Assembly (NCBI GenBank): GCA_964405845.1
Contig: CAYOPL010000013.1
Span: forward strand, 305 to 64,304
Reading direction: 5' to 3'
Length of the DNA: 64,000 nt
Source: an uncultured Dehalococcoidia bacterium
Lineage (GTDB): Bacteria; Chloroflexota; Dehalococcoidia; UBA6926
Under the pieces are notes generated by a model. It saw only the letters and a program-made list of their open reading frames with translations, was not told the origin of the DNA and ran no database searches. Positions 16,880 through 26,440 of the stretch are shown here, piece after piece. A program made the position numbers and the translations under genes. Every line of letters begins with the position of its first letter. Position 1 is the stretch's first letter.

Positions 16880-18046
16880 ATGCACGCGCCCATTTTCTCT
16901 CAGACTTTCGATCGACGCTTGTTGACCACATTGCAACACGCGGCCCTTCTCGCTGCGGTCATTGTTGCCGTGCTGGCAGCGGCCTGCGTTAGCGAGCCAA
17001 CTCCAACTCCTACGCCTCAACCCACTGCCACAAGCTCACCGACCGCGACACCCCTTCCAACCCCAATCCCCAGCCCAACGGCCGCTCACACGCCTCGCCC
17101 AATCAGCCTGCCCGCAGATGAAGCACCCCACACGGATCCCGTGGAGTGGTGGTATTACAGCGGCATCATGGAGGACGAAAACGACAACGACTATGGATTC
17201 CATTTCGTCATATTCCAAGTGACGAACCCGGAGACCGGCGATGCGGGCTACATGTCCCACACATCCGTGTTTGATGTCACAGCAGAACACCGGGAACAGT
17301 CAGTGCGCTTCGGCGTGGGCGCGCAGGCTCAGCCGGCGACGGGATTTGAATTCTCTGTAGGAGATTGGACACTCAGCGGGGACGACGGAACGCACTCATT
17401 CGCCGCGACAACAGACACCTTTGGATTCGACCTCACCGTGGAGACCACCAAGCCTGCCGTTCTTCATAACGAAACCGGTTACCTGGAGGCGCTTAACGGC
17501 TGGACCTACTACTACAGCTGGACCAACATGGACCTCACTGGAACGCTCACCGTCGATGGGCAGGAGCTGGACGTTACCGGTGAAGCGTGGATGGATCACC
17601 AATGGGGCGACTTTGTCGTCAGCGGATACCCGAGCGGCTGGCAGTGGTTCGCCGTCTCCATGGACAACAACTATGAGTTGATGGTGGCCGAAGCCCGGGA
17701 ATCCGATGGTCAAGTCATTATTTACGGCACTTTAGTTGACCCATCCGGCGCGACAACGCACATCGACGGCGAGGACGTCACAATCGAAGTTCTTGGCATG
17801 TGGGCAAGTCCTCACACAGGCGGTGAATATCCTGCGGGATGGCGCATCACGATCCCGGCGCAGGAACTCTCCATGACGCTCACACCTCTGCTGGATGACC
17901 AGGAATTCACACTTGCCTTCCCACCGAACACCATTTACTGGGAGGGCCTGACGGAAACGGACATCACATTTGGCGGGGACCCCGTAAATGGTTCTGCTTA
18001 CGTGGAACTTGTAGGGTACGCCCCGCCACCAACGCCAACTCCGTAA
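16880..18046 (+). CDS. Secreted lipoprotein of the CrtC/AttH lipocalin-like family, with a PT-rich linker
   Basis: Lipobox LAAAC, then a TPTPTPQPTA linker. WWYYSG...HQWGDF motifs are typical of hydroxyneurosporene-synthase-like/AttH domains. Confidence 0.6.
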   Translation: MHAPIFSQTFDRRLLTTLQHAALLAAVIVAVLAAACVSEPTPTPTPQPTATSSPTATPLPTPIPSPTAAHTPRPISLPADEAPHTDPVEWWYYSGIMEDENDNDYGFHFVIFQVTNPETGDAGYMSHTSVFDVTAEHREQSVRFGVGAQAQPATGFEFSVGDWTLSGDDGTHSFAATTDTFGFDLTVETTKPAVLHNETGYLEALNGWTYYYSWTNMDLTGTLTVDGQELDVTGEAWMDHQWGDFVVSGYPSGWQWFAVSMDNNYELMVAEARESDGQVIIYGTLVDPSGATTHIDGEDVTIEVLGMWASPHTGGEYPAGWRITIPAQELSMTLTPLLDDQEFTLAFPPNTIYWEGLTETDITFGGDPVNGSAYVELVGYAPPPTPTP

Positions 18047-18063
18047 ATCGCCGCCAGACGCTC

Positions 18064-18798
18064 CTAGAATCGGAGCTGGTCGTCGTCCTCGTCATCCATC
18101 CCGTACGTGCGGAATGTTGCGCCCCAACGGTCTGAATGCTTGTACGTCAGGTCTTCGAATAGACCGGAGAACTGCGGCGTGTCGATTGGATCGGTCGTCA
18201 TGATGTAGGCGTCCTCGCCGTTGTCTGAGTAATAGCGCTTGCGGCGCCCAACAATCTTGAAGCCGTACTTCTTGTAGAGATTCTGGGCGACTTCATTGGA
18301 CACCCGAACCTCCAGCGTCACAGCGCGGCAATTGAGCAGTTTGCTCGCCTCCACCGCGCCGATGATGAGCAGTTCGCCGATCCCCTGCCCTCGATGCGAC
18401 TTACGCACGCCCACGCTCGTCACATGACCTTCATCAATGACTGCCCAAAGACCGAGGTAGCCGGCAATCAACTCTTCGGTTGGGGGTGGCGCGTCCGTGC
18501 CGACCCCGAGGAGCCGCTTGACAGCGTTCGTGATGCCTCCGCCGCGTCTCCGCCCGTTTCCTCCCGGTCTATCCGTGGGTGGAAGATCATTGTTGCGGGC
18601 ATAATCGTTATAGGGCGTGTCATGGGCAACCGCAACCAGATAATGTGCATACTTCCGTTCACGGAGATCGCGGCGGAACGGCGGCGCGTATCTGTTCTCC
18701 GGAAACGCGTCACGGTCGATCTGGACGGCCTGAGTGATATCGCCCTCATGCATGGGGCGCAGCAGCCATGGCATTGCGTCGAACGAGTTGTTGTCCAC
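18064..18798 (-). CDS. GNAT family N-acetyltransferase (RimI-like) with an internal Gly/Arg-rich insertion
   Basis: The acetyl-CoA-binding motif is read as VRKSHRGQGIGELLI...NLYKKYGF. Confidence 0.75.
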   Translation of the reverse strand: MDNNSFDAMPWLLRPMHEGDITQAVQIDRDAFPENRYAPPFRRDLRERKYAHYLVAVAHDTPYNDYARNNDLPPTDRPGGNGRRRGGGITNAVKRLLGVGTDAPPPTEELIAGYLGLWAVIDEGHVTSVGVRKSHRGQGIGELLIIGAVEASKLLNCRAVTLEVRVSNEVAQNLYKKYGFKIVGRRKRYYSDNGEDAYIMTTDPIDTPQFSGLFEDLTYKHSDRWGATFRTYGMDDEDDDQLRF

Positions 18799-18895
18799 TA
18801 TTGACCTCTCGTCGTCTGCAAAGAGGATAAAGTGAAATAGTCACCAGCGGACAGCTAACCCGACGAGGAACCCAAACGTTATCTGGATGTAGTGA

Positions 18896-19510
18896 ATGAA
18901 TCAGGAGCCAGGACGCATTCACTCCGGGGCGGAAACATCACTGACTGATGATGACATCGCAGCCATTGTTCAGCAGGCGCAGAACGGGGAGGCAGCCGCG
19001 TTTGGGCAACTCTATGAAATCTATTCCGACAGGGTCTTTCGATACGTCGCTTATCGCGTAGACAGTGACGCGGACGCGGAAGACATCACGGAGGATGTGT
19101 TCATTCGCATGTTAGAGGCAATCGGATCATTCAAATGGAGAAACGTGCCGTTCTCGGCATGGCTCATGCGCATCGCGCACAACCGCGTCATTGACCACTA
19201 CCGTCGCAGCCGCCTCCGCACGGCAACACCGCTTGATGATGCGCCGCCTCTGCCCTCTCGCGATCGAGACCCACAGGATAGGGTGGACACATTCTCAGAC
19301 CTCCAGGATTTGCGGGTGGCGATGGCCGGTCTCACAGACCTGCAGCGGCAGGTCATATCCCTGAGGTTTGGCTCGGATCTGTCCATCGCCGAGACAGCCC
19401 ACGTGATTAATCGCAATGAAGGCGCGGTGAAGGCGCTGCAGCACAGCGCGATCCGAGCACTGCGTCGGCTCATGCTGCCGAGAAACGCGGAAGGTGGTGC
19501 AACGCTATGA
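18896..19510 (+). CDS. ECF-type RNA polymerase sigma-70 factor
   Basis: Region 2 is read as FGQLYEIYSDRVFRYVAYRV...EDITEDVFIRMLE, and the region-4 HTH as LQRQVISLRFGSDLSIAETAHVINRNEGAVKALQHSAIRALR. Confidence 0.85.
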   Translation: MNQEPGRIHSGAETSLTDDDIAAIVQQAQNGEAAAFGQLYEIYSDRVFRYVAYRVDSDADAEDITEDVFIRMLEAIGSFKWRNVPFSAWLMRIAHNRVIDHYRRSRLRTATPLDDAPPLPSRDRDPQDRVDTFSDLQDLRVAMAGLTDLQRQVISLRFGSDLSIAETAHVINRNEGAVKALQHSAIRALRRLMLPRNAEGGATL

Positions 19511-20886
19511 CCACACTGCCGCCCGACGACTCTGCCCTTTCAGAAGTTATAGATGAGTGCCTGGAGGCGCTCCGACGCGGCGAGTCCATTGATGACTGCC
19601 TGAGCCGTCATCCGGACATCGCGGATGAACTGCGTCCTCTCCTGATCGCCGCCGTGGCGATGGCCAACGTTGCTCCAACCCGTGATGAGTCTGCGCGGCG
19701 CATAGCGCACACGCGCTTCGAGGGCGCGGTTCGGCATCACCTCGCCACGAATCCGCGTGCAACATCCGGCCGATTCTCAATTCGCGACTGGTGGAACATC
19801 CGCGCCTCCCGATGGACACGCGTTTGGGCCGTTGGATTCGCCACCATGGCGATGTTTGTAGTGCTTAGCACGGGGGCAGCGTATGCCTCCAACGATGCTC
19901 TGCCTGACAGCCCGCTCTACCCCGTGAAGCGCGCCACGGAGCACGCGCGTCTCGCAATCACGTTCTCTGACGATAGCCGGGCTATCTACCATCTTGAACT
20001 CATAGAACGGCGCACGCTGGAACTGGCCGCCGTTGCCGAATCCGGTGATCAGACGCGGGCGGAAGAACTCAGCCGTGACGTGCTCAAGAACATCGAATTC
20101 GCGCGCGTGGAGGCCGGGTACACGGGGGCCGATGTTGCACAACAAGAGGAAGCTCTGGACACTGCAGCCCAGAGTCAATTGACAGGCGAGGCAATTGAAC
20201 CATCGATAACCCTTGCTCCTGACGATAGTACCGCGAGTTCCGATGCGGTCAGCGAGATTGTGCAGGTTCGTGTGGATCCGCGTCTTCGCGCGTACATCGA
20301 AGCCGAGCGGGAATCCGCTGCCCGCGCGTACGCCGCGCTCCAGATTGCGCACCAGGTCGCTCCGCCGCATATGCGGCCGCATGTCCTGAACGCGCTGACT
20401 CTCGCGGAGCAACGCTATAGAACAACCCGGTACCCCGGCGAACCGGCGCCCATCTCCCGCACCCTCTTTGCTCAGGGGATTGCCCGCATCACTGACCAAG
20501 GCATGACGATCAGCGGCAGACTTCCCTTTGAAATTTCCCACAACGCTCTTGGCAACCGCCCACCGCGAGACGGGGACATCGTGACGGTCGGCGGATACGT
20601 TCGTGACGACGGCGTGCTTCTTGTACTTCGTCTCTATGTGTTCGAAGCGGAAGGAATTGCCGAGGATCAAATCTGGCTGCAATCTGAAGCGATTGGCCGG
20701 AACGAAGGTGTCCTCTTTATCCCCGGGTTCAACGTCTCAGTGGACGACTGGTCACAGGTGGGGAACCCGGCAGCTAATCAAGGCAGTTGGGTCTATGTAG
20801 AAGGAACGGTGAGGGACTACGGTGAAGTTGATGGGGAGGATATTCATCTGCTTGGAGCAGGGCCGATTCTCTTCCCCCAACCATAG
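19507..20886 (+). CDS. Putative membrane anti-sigma factor (DUF5667-like), translationally coupled to the ECF sigma
   Basis: ATGA overlap with the sigma gene. One TM helix (FATMAMFVVLSTGAAYA). The following SPLYPVKRATEHARLA segment is typical of DUF5667 anti-sigma proteins. Confidence 0.55.
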   Translation: MTTLPPDDSALSEVIDECLEALRRGESIDDCLSRHPDIADELRPLLIAAVAMANVAPTRDESARRIAHTRFEGAVRHHLATNPRATSGRFSIRDWWNIRASRWTRVWAVGFATMAMFVVLSTGAAYASNDALPDSPLYPVKRATEHARLAITFSDDSRAIYHLELIERRTLELAAVAESGDQTRAEELSRDVLKNIEFARVEAGYTGADVAQQEEALDTAAQSQLTGEAIEPSITLAPDDSTASSDAVSEIVQVRVDPRLRAYIEAERESAARAYAALQIAHQVAPPHMRPHVLNALTLAEQRYRTTRYPGEPAPISRTLFAQGIARITDQGMTISGRLPFEISHNALGNRPPRDGDIVTVGGYVRDDGVLLVLRLYVFEAEGIAEDQIWLQSEAIGRNEGVLFIPGFNVSVDDWSQVGNPAANQGSWVYVEGTVRDYGEVDGEDIHLLGAGPILFPQP

Positions 20887-20933
20887 GGGCAGCCCGGGTC
20901 ACTGAAGGCGGGCAAACCTAACGTAACTCGCGC

Positions 20934-20939
20934 TATACT
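20934..20939 (+). promoter_or_regulatory. TATACT -10-like box 8 nt upstream of the ATG at 20948
   Basis: Read directly: gcgcTATACTtggatgttATG. Confidence 0.3.
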
Positions 20940-20947
20940 TGGATGTT

Positions 20948-22765
20948 ATGAACCGTCCCGCCCAAAAGTCGGGCGTTTGGTATAACGTTCGGATCTTTCT
21001 GCGACTGCAGACCTTTCTTCTGCCGTATTGGCGTCGGGCGACGCTGACGTACGTCCTGCTGTTTATCTCCAGCGCCAGTGCCCTGGTGATTCCGTGGCTC
21101 TTTGGACGAGCAGTAGATCGACTTGTCGAGCAAGCAGCCATAGGCACCATACTCGCCGTCGCCGGGTGGATCCTTGTTGCGGCCATCATTCGCGGAGCCA
21201 CGTCCTACGGCCAAAGCTACTTCAGCCAGGCTGTCTCACAACTCGTTGCCTACGACTTGCGCAACGCGATGTACGACCGATTCCAGCGGCAGAGTTTCTC
21301 ATTCTTCGACACGTCACGGACAGCTGAACTGATGTCGCGGGCGACGGCGGACGTAGAGTCCGTACGCATGCTAATCAGTTTCGCGCTGGTTCGAATCGTG
21401 CAAGTCGCGGTAATGCTCCTGATGGTGACCGTTGTGCTGCTCCAATCAAACTGGCAGTTGGCATTGGTGACCTTGGCCGTCCTGCCGTTTATTGCCTACC
21501 GCACAACGCGAACAAGCCGCCGCCTCCGCCCTGTCTGGCTCTCCGTGCAGCAGGAAATGGCGGCTTTGAGCACCGTCCTCCAGGAAAGCCTTTCCGGAAT
21601 GCGCGTTGTCAAGGCGTTCGGACGTGAAAAAGAGGAGACGGAGCGATTCAACAAGCAGGCGCACGTACTTTATGAGCGCAACATCACGGCCAACGACGAG
21701 CAGGCCCTCAACACCTCTTTAATGACGTTCTCCGTCTACTTTGCCGCGGGCATCCAGCTGCTCTACGGCGGCTACATGGTCATGCAGGGCGACCTCACGC
21801 CCGGACAGCTCACCGCTTTCCTCTTCTATCTGCTGACAATCACGGTTTATATCCGCATGATCGGCTGGCTCGGCAACCAGCTTTCCCGCGCCGTCGCGTC
21901 CGGTGAACGCATCTTTGAAATCCTGGACGCCCGTCCGGAGGTGCGCGAGAAGCCTGACGCTAGGGACAACGCCGTCGTTGCCGGCCGGATCGCATTCAAC
22001 AACGTATCGTTCGGCTACGGCGGGCGGGATGACGTGCTGCAGGACGTGACGTTTGTGGCGGAGCCAGGACAGGTCATCGCCGTGGTTGGGGCGACGGGCA
22101 GCGGCAAGACAACCCTCGTCAGCCTTATTCCGAGGTTCTATGACCCGACACGTGGCGCAGTCGTCATTGACGGCGAGGACGTGCGGAACATGACGCTGGA
22201 TCATCTGCGCGGTTCAATCGGCCTCGTACAGCAGGACGTCTTCCTGTTCTCAGCGACGATCCGTGACAACATCGCCTATGGAGTGCCTGATGCCCCGGAG
22301 GAGGAGATCATCGCCGCGGCCAGCGCCGCCCGCCTTGACAGCTTCATCCGCAGCTTGCCCGACCAATACGACACGTGGGTGGGAGAGCGTGGCATCAATC
22401 TCTCCGGGGGGCAGCGACAGCGGCTCGCCATCGCCCGAACCCTGCTGCTCGACCCGCGCATCCTCATCCTGGATGACTCCCTCTCCAGCGTGGATGCGGA
22501 AACGGAGAGATCAATCCAGCAGGCGCTCGATCGCGTGATGGAGAACCGCACGACAATCGTCGTCGCCCAGCGGTTGGCCAGCGTTCTGCGAGCCGACCAG
22601 ATACTCGTGTTGGATGAGGGCCGTATTGTGCAGCAAGGGACCCACGCAGAGCTTATTGCGTACCCGGGTCCGTACCGCCAGATCTACGAACTGCAACTGC
22701 GCCACCAGGAAGAGGCGTTTGAGACCGCTCCGGATGGGATGACCGTCGGGGGGACGCGGCCATGA
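20948..22765 (+). CDS. ABC exporter, fused permease-ATPase (type I exporter, MsbA/MdlB-like), subunit 1
   Basis: 6 TM helices, then Walker A GATGSGKTT, signature LSGGQRQRLAIAR, Walker B ILILDD. Confidence 0.85.
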   Translation: MNRPAQKSGVWYNVRIFLRLQTFLLPYWRRATLTYVLLFISSASALVIPWLFGRAVDRLVEQAAIGTILAVAGWILVAAIIRGATSYGQSYFSQAVSQLVAYDLRNAMYDRFQRQSFSFFDTSRTAELMSRATADVESVRMLISFALVRIVQVAVMLLMVTVVLLQSNWQLALVTLAVLPFIAYRTTRTSRRLRPVWLSVQQEMAALSTVLQESLSGMRVVKAFGREKEETERFNKQAHVLYERNITANDEQALNTSLMTFSVYFAAGIQLLYGGYMVMQGDLTPGQLTAFLFYLLTITVYIRMIGWLGNQLSRAVASGERIFEILDARPEVREKPDARDNAVVAGRIAFNNVSFGYGGRDDVLQDVTFVAEPGQVIAVVGATGSGKTTLVSLIPRFYDPTRGAVVIDGEDVRNMTLDHLRGSIGLVQQDVFLFSATIRDNIAYGVPDAPEEEIIAAASAARLDSFIRSLPDQYDTWVGERGINLSGGQRQRLAIARTLLLDPRILILDDSLSSVDAETERSIQQALDRVMENRTTIVVAQRLASVLRADQILVLDEGRIVQQGTHAELIAYPGPYRQIYELQLRHQEEAFETAPDGMTVGGTRP

Positions 22766-24642
22766 TGGGCGGCGGTGGCGGAGGAGGCTACGGCAACTAT
22801 GACGGTTGGGACGAGGAGACTCTTGGAGCAGTCTATGACCGGCGCATCCTCGTCCGGCTGATTCCCTACATCGCCCAATTCAAGGTGTGGGCAACCATTG
22901 CCGTCATCGGTATGTTGGCCGCGACATTCAGCAGCGTCGCCATGCCCCTGTTTATCGGCCTCACCGTCGATACTGCCATCGCCACCGGCAACACAGCACG
23001 CCTGGCGTGGATGGCGGGCCTGTTCTTCGGACTCGTCGTAATCAACGCCATCGGTCTCTGGCTCCAATCGCGCTACATGGCCAAGGTCGCGCACGCGATG
23101 CTCGTCAACATCCGCACCCAACTCTTTGGCCACCTCCAGAAGCAATCGCTGAGCTTCTACGACAAGCAGCAGGTGGGACGCCTCATGTCCCGCGTCGTGA
23201 GTGACGTTGAGCAGATTCAGCAGGTCATGACGGGCGGGATCATCGGAACGCTCAGCGACGTACTGACCCTGGTCGGCATCGTCGTCATCATGTTCGTCAT
23301 GGATTGGTCGCTTGCCTCTGTTACGCTCAGCGTCGTCCCTGCCCTGATTGTCATTTCAATCTTCTGGCAGAGGCGGGCGCGAGTGGCATTCCTCCGCGTG
23401 CGCCGCGCTATCTCCGTAGTGAACGGAAGCCTGCAGGAGAACGTTTCCGGCGTGCGCGTCGTCCAGAGCATGAACCGCGAGGACGAGAACATGCGCCGCT
23501 TTGACCAGATCAACTACGACCACCTTGACGCCAACCTGCGCGCCTCCCGCCTGACCGCCGGTATGTTCCCGGCGGTGGAGATCATGGTCGGTATCTCGAT
23601 GGCCGTGGTAATCATCTACGGCGGATGGCAGGTTCTGCAGGGCGCTTTGACGGTTGGCTTCCTGGTGGCGTTCACGTTGTGGGTACAGCGGTTCTTCGAT
23701 CCCATCCGCAATATCACCATGCAGTACACGGAACTCCAACGCGCTATGGCGTCCGGCCAGCGCATCTTTGAGTTGCTGGACACACAGCCGCAGGTCGCGG
23801 ACAAGGAAGGCGCGCAGCCCATACCGCCTATCAAAGGGCGCGTCACATTCGAGAACGTTTCATTCTCGTATGAAGACGACATCCCAGTGCTGCGGAACGT
23901 CTCGCTTGATGCGGAACCGGGCGAGACCATCGCGCTTGTTGGTGAGACGGGCGCGGGTAAGACGACGTTCGTCAGTCTTATCGCCCGCTTCTACGACGTG
24001 ACAAGCGGGCGCATCACCATCGATGGCCATGACGTGCGGGACGTGCAGCACCAGAGCCTTGCCCATCAGATGGGCATCGTCCCCCAGGAACCGTTCCTGT
24101 TCTCCGACACCATCGAGGCGAATATACGCTTCGGGAAACCTGACGCGACGCGCGCGGAAGTGGAGGCGGCGGCACGGGGGGCCGGACTGCACGAAATTAT
24201 CATGCACATGGATAACGGCTACGACACGGAGCTGCAGGAGCGCGGCGCGAACCTCAGCGTGGGCCATCGGCAGCTCGTCAGCTTCGCCCGCGCCATTCTC
24301 GCCGACCCCCGCATTCTGATCCTCGATGAGGCGACGGCCAACATCGACACGCGTACGGAGGCGCGTATCCAGGACGCGCTGCGACGGCTCCTGCCGGGCC
24401 GCACGTCATTCGTCATTGCCCACAGACTCTCCACCATCCGTGAGGCATCGCGAATCGTTGTGATGGACAACGGCTCAATCGTCGAGATCGGCACGCACAA
24501 TCAACTGCTGGCGAATGGCGGCATATACGCGCGCCTCAACGCCATCTCCTACGGCGCGGATCAATCGATGAACGGCCACGCCGCCCCAGCCACTGCTCTC
24601 CCAGCCCCCGCAGGCGGCGCAGAAGATGCAGCAGAACGGTGA
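22762..24642 (+). CDS. ABC exporter, fused permease-ATPase, subunit 2, with a Gly-rich N-terminus
   Basis: GETGAGKTT, LSVGHRQLVSFARA, ILILDEAT. 4-bp overlap with subunit 1 suggests a heterodimeric exporter. Confidence 0.85.
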   Translation: MMGGGGGGGYGNYDGWDEETLGAVYDRRILVRLIPYIAQFKVWATIAVIGMLAATFSSVAMPLFIGLTVDTAIATGNTARLAWMAGLFFGLVVINAIGLWLQSRYMAKVAHAMLVNIRTQLFGHLQKQSLSFYDKQQVGRLMSRVVSDVEQIQQVMTGGIIGTLSDVLTLVGIVVIMFVMDWSLASVTLSVVPALIVISIFWQRRARVAFLRVRRAISVVNGSLQENVSGVRVVQSMNREDENMRRFDQINYDHLDANLRASRLTAGMFPAVEIMVGISMAVVIIYGGWQVLQGALTVGFLVAFTLWVQRFFDPIRNITMQYTELQRAMASGQRIFELLDTQPQVADKEGAQPIPPIKGRVTFENVSFSYEDDIPVLRNVSLDAEPGETIALVGETGAGKTTFVSLIARFYDVTSGRITIDGHDVRDVQHQSLAHQMGIVPQEPFLFSDTIEANIRFGKPDATRAEVEAAARGAGLHEIIMHMDNGYDTELQERGANLSVGHRQLVSFARAILADPRILILDEATANIDTRTEARIQDALRRLLPGRTSFVIAHRLSTIREASRIVVMDNGSIVEIGTHNQLLANGGIYARLNAISYGADQSMNGHAAPATALPAPAGGAEDAAER

Positions 24643-24706
24643 GCCAACACGCGCAAGACACTTATACTGTCAGCAGCGCAATCTGAGTGGGAGAATCGAT
24701 TTGGGA

Positions 24707-25090
24707 ATGACCAGAGTCGACATGACAGTGGCGCAGGTCGACGGATCACGCCCTGTTAGTCTGCATGCGATGGTGGACACCGGCGCCACCTTTTGTATGG
24801 CGCCGCGTTCAACGCTTGAGGGGATTGGGCTTGCGCCAACGGATACGATGCGCTTCAGGATTGCGACTAGGGAGTTTATCGAACGCGCCATTTGCGATGC
24901 TCAGGTCACAATTGAAGGGCGCGTCGGACTGGCGCCCATTATCTTTGGCGAGGAGAACGAGCCGGTTCTGATTGGCGTAATCGCGCTCGAGAGGCTCTCA
25001 TTGGCCGTTGATCCAACTCGCGAGATACTTGTTCCTGCCGACGCGATACTCTACAAGGCAACTCCGCCCACCAGCAGTCAGCTTGAGTAG
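24707..25090 (+). CDS. Single-domain retropepsin-like (clan AA) aspartic protease
   Basis: About 127 aa. The catalytic-type motif AMVDTGATFCMAP (D-T-G-A). Size and motif fit bacterial retroviral-type aspartyl protease domains. Confidence 0.55.
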   Translation: MTRVDMTVAQVDGSRPVSLHAMVDTGATFCMAPRSTLEGIGLAPTDTMRFRIATREFIERAICDAQVTIEGRVGLAPIIFGEENEPVLIGVIALERLSLAVDPTREILVPADAILYKATPPTSSQLE

Positions 25091-25094
25091 CCTG

Positions 25095-25658
25095 CTAACC
25101 CTTCAAGTACTCTGCCAGCCGTTCCAGCGCCGCTTTCCAGTAAGCCCGCCGAGCCTCCACGTCATCCGTACTGACCAGCTTTGACTGCATCACCGTGATG
25201 CGACTCTTGCTGTCACCATTCGCGTAGTAGCTGATATCGAGGCTTGTTTCAGTGCCGTCACCGTCCGTCCATGTCGCGCGGGTTGTTTTCTCGGGCGTGT
25301 CCTTGCGAACCGTGATCGGCGCCTCCGGCAGCCACTGCCCGCGGTGTGAGAGATCGGCGAACGCGCCATAGAGTTCCGCCAGCGGCAAGGGGAGTGTCTT
25401 GCTCACACTGACCTGGTAGCCGCGCGTAGTCTGATACCGCTCCCGCATCCCGCGCGCCCGCTCATAGTCGACGGTCACATGCTGGCTCCACCACGGAGAG
25501 ACGGCATGCTCCTCCCGGAGCATCGCGGCGATCTCCTTGTGCGTCAGGTCCCGCGCCCCCGCCGCATCCAGGATGGAGTTCCATTCCTCCGGCGTCTTGC
25601 CGGTGGCCCTAACCACAGCCTCCGGCGATGCTTCAGAACGACTCTTGCGTGTTGTCAT
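25095..25658 (-). CDS. Hypothetical protein (DUF4287-like N-terminal region plus C-terminal domain)
   Basis: 187-aa ORF. ATGKTPEEWNSILDAAGARDLTHKEIAAMLREEHAVSPWWSQ resembles DUF4287 family proteins. Confidence 0.5.
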   Translation of the reverse strand: MTTRKSRSEASPEAVVRATGKTPEEWNSILDAAGARDLTHKEIAAMLREEHAVSPWWSQHVTVDYERARGMRERYQTTRGYQVSVSKTLPLPLAELYGAFADLSHRGQWLPEAPITVRKDTPEKTTRATWTDGDGTETSLDISYYANGDSKSRITVMQSKLVSTDDVEARRAYWKAALERLAEYLKG

Positions 25659-25742
25659 CCAATAGGCCTCCGCTATCTGCTAACCATTTACAGTTTAACG
25701 GCTACTGATATCGAGATAGAGGCGATTGCGACAACTTTCACA

Positions 25743-26438
25743 TTGACGCCCACGAAAGGCAATCGTACTCTTGAAATTGATCCGACCGACTGGTCAGTCG
25801 GTTTTGTATGGAGGACGAACATCTCAACGGTTTCAGACGGCGGCAAGGCTGCCACTCGCGAGCGCATTCTCGAAGCTGCCGCACAGGTCTTTGCCGACTC
25901 CGGTTACCACGGCGCAAGCGTCGATGACATCGCCACCGCCTCCGGCGGCTCCAAGGGCGGAATCTATTTCCATTTCCCCGGCAAGCGCGAGATCTTCTTC
26001 GCACTCGTCAATCGATTCGCCGATCGGCTGCTGTCCGATGCGCATCAATCAATCGAAAGCCAAACCAGCGGTGTTGAGCAGGCCGGCGCGGTTATTGAAG
26101 CGACGCTTCAGACCTTTGCGAACCATGCCCGGCTCGCCAAGGTGCTGATGGCCGTCGGCCTTGGCCCATCCTTTGATGAGCCGCTGCTGACTCTCCATGA
26201 CCGGTTCGCGGGCTTGATTCGTGAGCGACTAGACGCCGCCGTCGCTGATGGCTCAATCCCGCCGCTTGATACAACCCTCGCCTCCTACGCGTGGATGGGG
26301 GCCCTCAATGAAATCATCCTTCGATGGCTCTACACAGGAGAGCCATCCCCGCTCACATCCGCAGCGCCGCAGTTGAAGTCAATCCTGCTTTCAAGCGTGG
26401 GCGTGAGCAAGGCATCCACTGGCACGGAGGCTGACTGA
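25743..26438 (+). CDS. TetR/AcrR family transcriptional regulator. Start uncertain: no in-frame ATG or GTG near the conserved HTH; TTG at 25743 is proposed.
   Basis: TRERILEAAAQVFADSGYHGASVDDIATASGGSKGGIYFHFPGKREIF is a canonical TetR N-terminal HTH. Confidence 0.7.
   Translation: MTPTKGNRTLEIDPTDWSVGFVWRTNISTVSDGGKAATRERILEAAAQVFADSGYHGASVDDIATASGGSKGGIYFHFPGKREIFFALVNRFADRLLSDAHQSIESQTSGVEQAGAVIEATLQTFANHARLAKVLMAVGLGPSFDEPLLTLHDRFAGLIRERLDAAVADGSIPPLDTTLASYAWMGALNEIILRWLYTGEPSPLTSAAPQLKSILLSSVGVSKASTGTEAD
25786..25803. promoter_or_regulatory. Candidate TetR operator: 8-bp inverted repeat ACCGACTG-gt-CAGTCGGT
   Basis: Perfect palindromic arms read directly. The site lies about 35 nt upstream of the TetR HTH-coding region. 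Confidence 0.45.
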
Positions 26439-26440
26439 CC

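Noticed and set aside
18799-18895. Possible ECF-type promoter (GGAAC...CGTT) upstream of the sigma gene
   Set aside because: The GGAAC and CGTT words are only 5 nt apart rather than about 16. Not a convincing ECF promoter.
19777-20682. 301-aa minus-strand ORF
   Set aside because: Antisense to the anti-sigma gene, which is translationally coupled to the ECF sigma. No recognisable motifs.
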